NCBI GenBank assembly: GCA_020137815.1
Contig: CM035360.1
Location: 7,688,001 to 7,752,000 of the forward strand
Origin: Hormiphora californensis
Taxonomy: Eukaryota > Animalia > Ctenophora
Length of the DNA stretch: 64,000 bases
Direction: 5' to 3'
Positions 49,701-59,905 of this stretch are shown here, in pieces (position 1 is the stretch's first letter; every line of letters starts with the position of its first letter). Both the position numbers and the translations under genes were made by a program. Below the pieces are notes generated by a model, which was not told where the DNA came from, did no database searches, and was given only the letters and a program-made list of their open reading frames with translations.

Positions 49701-51796
49701 TTTTCGGCACATCTGTTTTATCCACTTGTACTTCAAGAACCATTTTAGGTGGCTTACTAGATGGCCTTATCGGCTGTTCTAGCTCATTTTTCTTATCTTT
49801 CTTCTTCTTAACTCCCGGAGGTTTGGAAGATTCAACTGTTACAGTGGGCTTACTTGTAGGACGTGTTGGTTCAGGTATCGATTCCTCTCTTTTCTTCTTT
49901 TTGTTTTTCAGTTCAGCAGCAATAGGTTTAGGTTCGTCAACTTCATACGTTGGTGGAGGTCCTTTCTGGTTTTAGAGGCTCAATATTGACCTCAACTCCA
50001 GTACCTTCTTTCTTTGCTTGTTTTTCCATCCGCTTCTTTTTTCTTTCCTCCTTCCGGGCTTTCTTTGCAGCTTTACTGTCCTCTTCTTCTAAATCGGTAT
50101 TCAGGTTAGCAGTAGGTGGTGGTGGTCGGTCAGGTTGTTAACGTCAGGTTTTGACTCAATCTTCTCTTCCATTTTGCATCTGTGCAGTCAACTACGACTG
50201 CTACTGCAGGTATTTCCGATGATTCATCGTGACTTTTCTCTTTCTGTTTTTTCTTCTTCTTGGTCTTCTTAGGAGGCACTTCCTCAGTTGCAATTGGCTC
50301 AGGCTCCTTGTTGTCCTTCAGTTTCTTGTCCTTCAGTTTCTTGTCATTTTTCAATTGTGGATTCTTGCCATCATATTCTATGTGTTCGATAGATGGACTT
50401 ACAGATGTTTCTGGTTCTTTGCTTTTACTTTTGCTGGAAAAGCCAAATCTAAAACTTTCACTTTTAGTTTGCTCCTCTAGATCATGTGATTGCTTTGGAA
50501 ATACGACCTCCTCCGGAGCATGTTTCACAGTCACAGCCACGTCTACAATTTCTGGAGAACTTTCCTTGGAAGATATATTTCCATCAACGCTCTTTGATTC
50601 CGAAATGGCTGGTTTCTTGCTACGTCGGAAAGAAGCTCTGAACCGCTGTCCAAAAGACTTGGTTCTTTTGGGTTCAGGGCTCTCAACCCTCACATCTGCC
50701 TCGATAGTTGAGAACTTGATATCCTCCTCCGCTGCTGGTTTGCCCTTTTTATCAGATTTTCTGCGCTTCGATCCCTTCTTTTGCTTCTTTCCTAGATCCA
50801 CAGGAACCGTGACACCAACATTTAGCACCGGAGCACTCACTGGGGCGGATGAAACATTACCAACCAAGACAGGAACATCTGGATCTTCCGGTAAAACACC
50901 ACTAGGTTTTGCAGCCTTGGGCTTGAAGCCGAATTTCACTTTTCTTGATTTTCTAGATTTTGGGACAACCACTGGAACCGTGCCATCAACACTTAGCACA
51001 GGGGCAGATGATACATTAAAATCTAACGTCGGAACCTCTTCGCTCTCCGGTTTTGCAGCCTTGGGCCTGAAGCCGAATTTGATTTTTCTTGTCTTCCTAC
51101 TGGGCGATGATTCAACCCGTTTCCTTGGTTTAAAGCCGAACTTGATTGCCATCTTATACCATAGGAGTACATCAAAATATGGGACCTTGAAACAATAAAA
51201 GAGTTAGAAAACAAAACAATAAATAAACCTACAGTTTGATCTAGGGGGTAAGAGGGGTGGTCTGTGTAGTCTGGCTATAGTCTTGTGTGTCGATGGAGGT
51301 CTGGGAGGACAAGGAGATTTAGGGCGAACTCGCAATGTCGCAGCCCGCAAATCATCAGGCTTCATTGAGGGAGCTGGGTTTCGGGGTAGTGTGGCACTCC
51401 TAGACAGTATGTCATTTGATTCAGTCTGTTCAGATAATGTTGGTAAAGTCTCTGTTAGGCTTTTATATTCGATGTCATCAGTTTTTGGGGGAGTTTCGTT
51501 AAACGGACCGTGGTGAACGTATTTGCGAGGTAAAGTTGGTGGTCTAACAAGTCCCTTCCTGTTTCGAACTGGCGATGTTGCACACGACTCTGGTGTAACT
51601 TGGACCATGCTGCATTGAGCACCAGCCGCCCCTACAGGGATGACAGCACCATCTCTGTATCTGTCGAGTGCAGGCCCCTGCCAGGAGTCTCCCACCACCT
51701 CTATAGTGGGCCGGTCAGGGGTTGTAGCTGGCAACTTGCCCTTCCTTCGCATCAGTATTTTCCTTAACCGACTACTGACAATAGCTACCTGAGTTC
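43722..51796 (-). CDS. Shared exons of a PH-domain adaptor with acidic Tyr motifs and Pro-rich tail
   Basis: Phase-consistent exons 51796-51233, 47741-47679, 45633-45571, 45476-45176, 45000-~44837, ~44661-44542, ~44403-43722. PH-like pattern (YSGYLF..SEIDL..FHFSL..TWFFATLSNEERRKWMVSI); motifs DEIYV, EDIYAD, DNYMT, DMYFD, ELYID; PxxP runs. Confidence 0.72.
45866..46157. mobile_element. MITE with ~70-bp TIRs, probable TA TSD
   Basis: GGGATCCCTAAAAAAGTTCAGTATTTACACAGAG... inverted at both ends. Confidence 0.75.
46254..47217. mobile_element. Non-autonomous TIR element, TAGT termini, 3-bp TSD (Academ-like)
   Basis: TAT|TAGTAGGAGCGCTTAGA ... TCTAAGCGCTCCTACTA|TAT. Confidence 0.6.
46904..47047. 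mobile_element. Hairpin MITE, TAGT termini, 3-bp TSD
   Basis: GTA|TAGTGGAAGCTCTTACGG...CCGTAAGAGCTTCCACTA|GTA; ~67-bp perfect arms. Confidence 0.75.
47989..51152 (-). CDS. Large Pro/Lys-rich low-complexity protein (~1050 aa), single exon, 2-3 apparent frameshifts near 49960-50175
   Basis: ORFs 51152-50130 and ~49960-47989 have continuous composition; repeats KFGF(K/R)P and PEPxRPxxKPP; internal ~60-aa duplication; AATAAA on the minus strand at ~47836-47841. Confidence 0.72.
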
Positions 51797-52238
51797 CTGT
51801 AAACATGATAAGAGAGGAAGAATAGCAAGACTAGCAAGGCGAGGACTGAAAATGCTGCACATGTTCCATGAGTATTGTAGTAATATGTGCACTATCACCC
51901 ACTTCATACACAAGACACCCACGCACATATTCCATGAGATTGAAAAAGGGATCCGAGAAAAAGTTTCAATCATAGGGCACAACTTTCAACTAATAATTTC
52001 ACAGTCCAATTAGCTGGTTAGGGCAGCTGATATAGCAGAGGACTAAACAAGGCGCACAGTTCTATTGCTGGGTATCACACGTCAAGGTGCAGCAGGGCTG
52101 GTGATCAGATGTGTAAAAAGCAAACAACTGCAAAATACACAACACGCACACAGCTGGCCGGTATAGCACTACAAGACATGATCCTGATTATACTAGTACG
52201 GGTAAAATACACAGTGAAGCTACTTAGTACTGCAGCAG

Positions 52239-52377
52239 TAGTCGGACCCCGATTTAAGGGCACCGTCGGGGGTAAGGGTTTTGTTCGTTAAATCGGGGTC
52301 AAATAATGTTCTCGGAACATACCGGGGGAAAATTTTCCTACCGTTAAATCAGGGCCCGGTAAATCGGGGTCCGACTG
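52239..52377. mobile_element. Second copy of the 6333-6504 MITE family
   Basis: AGTCGGACCCCGATTTA...TAAATCGGGGTCCGACTG|TA. Confidence 0.8.
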
Positions 52378-52764
52378 TACTTACATTGGTGTAAACTATC
52401 GACGCTTTCAAACCCGAACGTTGTACTCTCCAAAACTAATTCAGGGGTTCCAGCTGGTTGGTCACCTGAAAATAGTGGGTGTTTGTTTGGACCCTTTTTA
52501 AAGACCAGGAGGGTATGAGACCACTCGAGATCACTCACATAATACAATACGAATTGGGTTTTAACGTAAATAGGGGTTGAAAATTGATTAAAAAACTGCG
52601 AAGAATTTAGAAAAAAAATTTAAAATGTGTAAAAAAAAATTTAAAATGTGTAATTTTAAATAAAAAGCCAAAGTAAAACAAAGCAGCGTAGAATTTACAA
52701 ATTTCGCGCCCTACGTTACTTTAGATTTTGTTGCCTTGTTCGACCTTGTTGCAGTTCATAAATA

Positions 52765-53123
52765 TCTTACTATATAATGCGAAAAGGGGTGAAACTTGAT
52801 CCCCCCATGCATGTTTGGTGGTCCCTAAATCGTCGTCATCAAGATCAGATCACATCACACAACATGCATGATTAGATCACCCCACTGAGGATCAGATCCC
52901 CCCACCCATGATCAAATCATCCCATTGAGGATCAGATCACCCCAGTGAGTATCAGATCCCACATTTCACCCAGTAGTCCACTGTGCGTGATGAGATCCCC
53001 ATATAGAGTGGAAAATTGGCGAAGACAGAGAGAAAAAGAGAGACACAGAGAGACAGACAGAGACAGAGAGAATGAGCGACGGGCCCGGCCCTTTTCGGCC
53101 GAAGGCCGAATTACATTGACTAG
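52765..53123 (+). mobile_element. Non-autonomous Helitron-like element
   Basis: A|TCTTACTATATAA 5' end, internal GATCAGATC repeats, hairpin TTCGGCC-GAA-GGCCGAA, CTAG|T 3' end. Confidence 0.65.
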
Positions 53124-53173
53124 TATTTATAAAAAGTTTTAAAATTTAAATTTAAATTTAAATTTAACTTTTT

Positions 53174-53325
53174 ATGAGGCCCCTCGGAAATGTTCAAGTC
53201 ATGCACAATCAAGTCACGCCCACCAATCACAGCGCAGAACGCGTGAAGGACTCCGCGCGTTCTGCGCTGTGATTGGTGGGCGTGACTTGATTGTGCATGA
53301 CTTGAACATTTCCGAGGGGCCTCAT
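53174..53325. repeat. Long inverted repeat (~68-bp arms), probable MITE
   Basis: ATGAGGCCCCTCGGAAATG...CATTTCCGAGGGGCCTCAT. Confidence 0.8.
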
Positions 53326-53427
53326 GTACTAGCGCACCCATTGGGTGCGCCTCAAGTAATGGCCTTTTGATAACCCACCCGGCTTCGCCGTGTGGCTCAT
53401 TTTGTCACTTTCAACGTCAATAACACG

Positions 53428-53441
53428 GTTGCCATGGCAAC
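53428..53441. promoter_or_regulatory. Perfect RFX X-box motif
   Basis: GTTGCCATGGCAAC matches the consensus; function unproven. Confidence 0.35.
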
Positions 53442-54322
53442 TGAGTTGGTAACTATGGGGACTGGTCTGTTAAAAGTCATTCGAAAATATTAACAAACTT
53501 CCACTGGAAGTTCCAAAAGTGTAAATAGCAGCTTTACAGCTTTGGTCATATGAAGTGTTTTATGAAGGAGCACTGTCGCTTAGATACCGATGAAAGAACG
53601 GCCACTTCGACGTTCATCTCCAAATTATAATAGAGATTTTTTGGGTCTGAAAGATACAATTTTTCCCTGCCCGGGTGAATTTACTTTGTAAAAAGGCATA
53701 GCAGGGTTAGAATTCGAAAACGACATTTTGGTATACTAACTAATCGGTAGAGGGACATTTTTTGGTCACACTTTCGTTGCGAGGGCAACGGTGTAGCAAC
53801 TAGAGCCGCGCGCACAGTGACGAGCTACTCCTTCATCAAACACCTCATTGACACAGTTTGATGGACGTGTGTGCGCACGCCACTCAACAAAACATGAAAT
53901 GCTCTGCCGCGCGTTTCGCGTGTTACATACACATTTGCATTTTCATCTTGCGAGTCGAGTGTGAGATGTTAGATAAGTAGTTAAGTTGGAGTGTCAAAAG
54001 CTGGTTAGCAAGTGTCATGTGATTGGGAGTTAGCTAACTCTAAGCTATGTGAGAAGTATACTGACAGCTTGATCATATGCATCTCACATTACATTATGAC
54101 CAAGCCTTGATCCTGTTGGCAGTGACAATGTCACTGACATGTGAAACGGTAGGGCAGGGAAACACAGCATTATGAATACATAATGCAATAATTCTTGTTT
54201 ACAAAACGAGTTTGTGTGCATCTCTGAAAGTTAATGAAAGACTCTGTGATATCCCAGTCTCACAGCTACCGTTGATATAACTGTCCTTTTTCGGAACTCG
54301 GAAGTTCCCGAAATTAACTAAC

Positions 54323-55448
54323 CTGAGTCTGCTGGAAGGCTGTGATCTGGTTTTCCACGATGTAGTAAACTCGTGACTGTCGAATTAACAAAACCTAAAA
54401 TGCTTTGCCTGGAACTTGTTTTATCCAAGGGCTGTTTGCTCCTCCAATCCCTATCATATGTACTGTAAATCACCTCATCCAAATCGTTCGAACCACTGAC
54501 ATTGTCGGAGCCCTTTGCTGAAACAGGAGATCCCCTATCTGCATATCCATACAAACTCTCTCCATCAGATGTTTCGCTGCAGTAAATCCCACCCTCATCA
54601 GGAATCGGTGCCAGTGGGGACTTGAACTTTGGAGGTGGAGGGGGTAGGAAGTCAGGTACTGAAGATTTTCTAGTAAGTTGTGGAGGTGGTGGACGTGGAG
54701 GTGGGGGGCATGGAGGTTTTATCTGCTTGACATCATTCATTGTGGAGAACACGTACAAAGGATCATCCAGCTCAGGGCTACCACCCATTGTTGAAAACAT
54801 GTAAATAGGAGTATCCTCTTCCTCCTGCTCCCTATCCGCCTGGTTCATAGTTGAAAACTCATAAATTAGTTCCTCCTCCTCCTCCTCCTCCTCGGATTGC
54901 TGCAGTTCCTGGTAAATTTCTTCTTCCTCATCAGCGTCAAGCTCACTAACGGGGTTTGAGCATTCAGAGACAACAGAGTGACTTGTTTCATGGCGTGAGG
55001 TTTCAAAACTGCTACTTGAAGAAGTACCGGGGCTCTGCTTTGAACCATGGTGAACTGCACTCACTGTCTGTAAAATGCTTGGTGAAGATATATTGCTAAT
55101 AGTATCACCAGTAGAATGTAAAGAATGGAATATATGCTTCGAGAAACGTTTTAACCACCTTTTAGAAGAGCTGCCCCGAACCTCCCCTTCCTCCTCTTTC
55201 TTCTTCTCTTTTCGGTTTAGTTCCGGTAAAGACAGTGTTACAGACTTTAGTCTCTCCCGATGCTCCTTGTGATTCACTGCAGCTAGCCTCTTTTGCCGTT
55301 TCAGATATATCTTGTATTCTTTATCTGGATCGAATATCCTCTCATCTTCCTCCTCATCTTCCTCCTCTTCATCATCCTTGTCCTTAAGTGATCTGGAGCT
55401 GCCGAAACTAAAAACGTCTTCCTCTCCTCTAGAGATTGAGACAAACAT
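54323..55448 (-). CDS. Large first coding exon V2 (acidic, Tyr-motif and Pro-rich)
   Basis: MFVSISRGEE start; 1126 nt ending TCAG|GTTAGT (phase 1); paralogous to 57144-56079. Confidence 0.75.
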
Positions 55449-55719
55449 AACAAAAGGGCAACTGTAATAACATATAGGAAGTAGTGATAAAGGATAATAG
55501 TAAAGAGGTCCAGTCTACTGATCTAGAACGACTAGGATGAAGAAAATCCCAGCTTTCTTCTTATATAAACTGTTAGCTTTGGGGAAATGTGATTTCTGTG
55601 GAAGTTTTTATTCAATTTCTTCATGCAGATATTACACACATTATATAACGACTTAAACATCGAAAAAAGGTGAGCAGGTATCATGGTTTGTTATCAATTG
55701 ATGCAAAAAAAACAGTTTT

Positions 55720-55793
55720 AGGAAATAATGGTCCCTGATTGGCTGATAACCAGTCACGTGACCTAAATAACGAGTTCTGATTGGTTCCTGACC
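55720..55793 (-). repeat. Short interspersed repeat fragment
   Basis: Conceptual translation QEPIRTRYLGHVTGYQPIRD.YFL, which I recall as a very common repeat in Pleurobrachia gene models; not verified by search. Confidence 0.55.
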
Positions 55794-56078
55794 TGGTGAC
55801 CTGAGTTTTAGGAAAGGGGTCTTAGAGCACCGGGAAAAATTCAATTTAAAAACACGTCTCCGACGACATGAGACTGGATACTAGCAAGATAAAGTGAGAT
55901 CGTTACCCTAAGTTTCTTTTTGGGTTTTTTAGGTCAAAAATACATTTTTACATAAAAAACGGGTTTGTATGCATGTATAATACTGTGACTCTGTGATATC
56001 CCAGGAACCTCCGTAGTTAGGCTCACTACTAACATTGACACAACAAACTGCCCTGTTTCGTTTCCGAAATTAACTTAC

Positions 56079-57144
56079 CTTCGGAACAGCTGTATTCTGG
56101 TTTTCCACGGTGAAGTAAACCTGTGACTGTCGAGTTGACACAACCTGCAATTCTTTGACTGGGGCTTGAACATGTTTTATCCAAAGGATTTTTGCTCCTC
56201 CAATTTCTATCATATGTACTGTAAACCACATCATCATATTCGTTCCAACCACTGACATGGTCGGAGCCCTTTGCTGAAACAGGAGATCCCCTAACTGCAT
56301 ATCCATACAAACTCTCTCCTTCAGATGTTTCACTACTGTAAATCACAGGACTTGGTGCCAGTGGGGACTTGAACTTTGGAGGTGGAGGGGGTAGGAAGTC
56401 GGGTACTGAAGATTTTTTAGCGAGTTGAGGAGGTGGTGGACGTGGAGGTGGGGGGCGTGGAGGTTTTATCTGCTTGACATCATTCATTGTGGAGAACATA
56501 AACAAAGGATCAGTATCATCCAGCTCACGGCTGCAACCCATGGTTGAAAAAGTATCCACTAGTTCCTCCTCCTCTTCCTCGTCAGATTGCTGCAGTTCCT
56601 GGTAAATTTCTTCTTCCTCATCAGCGTCAAGCTCACTAACGAGGTTTGAGCATTCAGAGACAACAGAGTGATTTGTTTCATGGCGTGAGGTTTCAAAGCT
56701 GCTACTTGAAGAAGTACCGGGGTTCTGCTTTGAACCATGGTGAACTGAACTCACTGTCTGTAAAATGCTTGGTGAAGATATATTGCTAATAGTATCACCA
56801 GCTGTAGAATGTGAAGAATGGAATACATGCCTCCCTACTTTGCAACCAACACGTTCTAACCGCCCCTGAGAAGAACTAACCCGAACCCTTCCTTCCTTCT
56901 TCTTTTCTTTTCGGTTGAGATCTGGTAAAGGCAGGGTGATAGACTGCAGTCTCTCCCGATGCTTCTTGCAAACTACTGCAGCTAACCTCTTTTGCTGTTG
57001 CAGATAAATCTTGTACTGCTTATCGGGATTGGAATTGAATATCATGTCATTCTCCTCCTCATTCTCCTCCTTGTCCTTCAGTGATCCGGTGCTGCCAAAA
57101 CGAAAATCAACTTCTTCCTCTCCTTTAGAGAACGAGACAAACAT
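56079..57144 (-). CDS. Large first coding exon V1 (paralog of V2)
   Basis: MFVSFSKGEE start; 1066 nt ending GAAG|GTAAGT (phase 1); long stretches identical to V2 (e.g. GDTISNISSPSILQTVS, EEIYQELQQS, SSVPDFLPPPPPKFKSPLAP). Confidence 0.75.
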
Positions 57145-57500
57145 AATCAAGATAACAAAGATGCAACTGTAATAAAATACATGAAGCAGTGATAAAGTGT
57201 GGTGAGAAATGTAAGAGGCCTGGTCTATAAGAGTGACAATACCTTCCCAGCTTCCTTCGAAATTCGAATATAACCTGTTAGCTTTGGGATAATTTGAAAA
57301 TTGGATTTCTTAGGTAAGGAAGTTTCAATATGATGATATCACAACACAATATAACGACTTACTGACTTACACATCAAAATAAGACCAGCAGGTATCATAG
57401 CTTGTTATCAATTGATGCATACCATTATTATTTGGCACTATCGTTTAGACTTTAGTTATTGCGTGCATTGTTTAAATCAGTGAAATCAGTAGCAACAACT

Positions 57501-58203
57501 TTAACTGCATTTAAGGGTACCGTTTAGGATGCGATATTCAGGTTGTTGTGTTGTCACATCAAGGAGCTGGAGCTGGATATTCACATTTGTACACTTGGTG
57601 GAGAATCCCAGGTCCCCATTCCAAGGAATCGGCATCACTTCTCCATTTGGAGTGTAGTACAGTATCTGGAAATCTGCCTTTTTGACTTGAAATGACAGTA
57701 CAAGGTGTCTATTGTTTTCAATTTCGTTAAATTCTTTCTTCGCCTTCCGTTCATTTTGATCTGGTGTCAGTGCAATAAAATCTATAACTTTCTTCTCTTT
57801 GTCCAAACAAAATGAAAACTCTATCTTTTGGTCTCCGCATAAGAAATCAAAGTTGTTCCAAGTTTTAATGCTTGCTATACTTCCCCCTAATCCTTGTCTG
57901 TACTCGAGCCTCTGAAAAAAGTTTTGATTTGATATTGACACTAATTAACAAGTTAATTCTGATTATAGCACTAACCTCGTTTAGCGCTGTGATGGAAATA
58001 CAGACTTCTGTACCAATAGGGAGCGGAGTATACTCTGAAGCACTGACCACTAAGTGGAGGGGACACGATTAGGGTAAGTTGTTGATTGTCCGTTGTTACC
58101 TGTATAGTGTATCCCAAGTGCACAACAAGATTAAAATTACACCCCCATCCCCCATAATACCTGAAGCAGTCGTAAGAAGAAGGTATACAGCCAACAGAAA
58201 CAT
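57501..58203 (-). CDS. Orphan secreted protein (~210 aa), 2 exons, ~3 apparent +1 frameshifts
   Basis: Signal-peptide exon 58203-58161 (MFLLAVYLLLTTAS); phase-1 exon from 58099; overlapping ORFs join if single extra bases are removed. Confidence 0.6.
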
Positions 58204-58279
58204 CAGATCAAAGCTGAGGCAAAGTTAGAGTGCCACCAGAGAAATAATCCCAATATATGAGGGGGGAGAGAGAGGGAGG

Positions 58280-58313
<34 letters not shown>

Positions 58314-59033
58314 GAGAGAGAGAGGGAGGGAGAGAGGGAGAGAGGGAGAGAGAGAGAGAGAGAGGGAGAGAGAGAGAGGGGGATCCGTCTCTATAACAGC
58401 TTTATGTGACTATATGACCACGTGCAGTAATGAAAGTCTGGTAGGCTAACTCGATCCCCTTTAAGAGGCCTTTGAATGAGGAATGATGCGGAAAAAAGAG
58501 AAATAGAAGGCAGGGAAGAAGAGCAAAAATTGCCAAGATTACCCACAGCTGCACAGCTGTCCCTAACCTCCCCCCCCCCTTCACAAAGTGGGGGTGGGGC
58601 TGAGATCCAAGTATATTGAACTCATGTTGTCTTGCTAATAACAGACACTACACTGGGATCTGAAATGATGATTAAATATCTTGTAGTTGTTCCTATAAAC
58701 CGGGAATAAGTTATCTTTATGGAAAGAAAGAGGCTCTTCTTGACTAGCCATTTATGAACCTACAATTGTGCACCTCACACCCAAACAATTACATGCTCTT
58801 CCTGGAGTGTATGCTTATTCAATACTGCCAATTAAATCCCCCCTGTATTTTGGTTCACTCCCCTCTCCTCCAAGTTTGACACGCATAATACACTCAGGCA
58901 AATCAAGTTTGTGTGGTGCTCCTTGTCGGCCTAAGCTAACCTAATAACACCTGTTAAAGACACGTCTGATAACGCGAGACCCTGAAAACGCACCCGGTCT
59001 CCTTTTGTCTGTCTGACTCCCTCTCTCTTCTTT

Positions 59034-59101
<68 letters not shown>

Positions 59102-59375
59102 TCCCTCTCCCTCTCTCTCTCTCTCTCCCTCTACGCCTCTACCTCAGTTCGGTTTCGAGAAGCAAATATTGTGTGGTATGTGCAGCATTTATTATTCATC
59201 GTGTGTATCACGTGGTTCATCACCAACTAAATCACGTGACTAGGAAGGGGGCCTAACTAGAAGGGCTCAGTGAGAGAGAGAGTGCAGTTTGTTTATCAGG
59301 TGGTGCAGCACACACACTTTCCTGTTTGCTCCACCTTTGTTAGTGTTAGGTACAACTCCTAGTGCGTTCTCTCGC

Positions 59376-59588
<213 letters not shown>

Positions 59589-59653
59589 CTTTCTTTCTCT
59601 CTCTATATCTTTCTTTCTCTCTCTATATCTTTCTCTCTCTCTCTCTATATATA

Positions 59654-59684
<31 letters not shown>

Positions 59685-59905
59685 CTCTATCTACCAATCT
59701 ACCTAACTGTTATTATATAGGCAATCGATGTATTTGTCTAGGCTAGCAACCTATTTGAACTGCCCTTGAAGGTTGCAGATACGATCTGTAGGCTGAAGCA
59801 TTACACTTGCAGTTTATCCATTTGAAGTAAAGATCCTTGATAAATCCATAGGTTATGTCATTTGCCGATTTCTGTTAAAAACTGATCAAATAATGATTTC
59901 TAGAA

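Noticed and set aside
48134-51198. Plus-strand ORFs of 119-312 aa
   Set aside because: Antisense shadows of the Pro/Lys-rich minus-strand ORF.
57865-58099. Galectin-like fold in the orphan secreted protein
   Set aside because: The resemblance depended on an uncorrected frame, and the carbohydrate-binding residues are absent.
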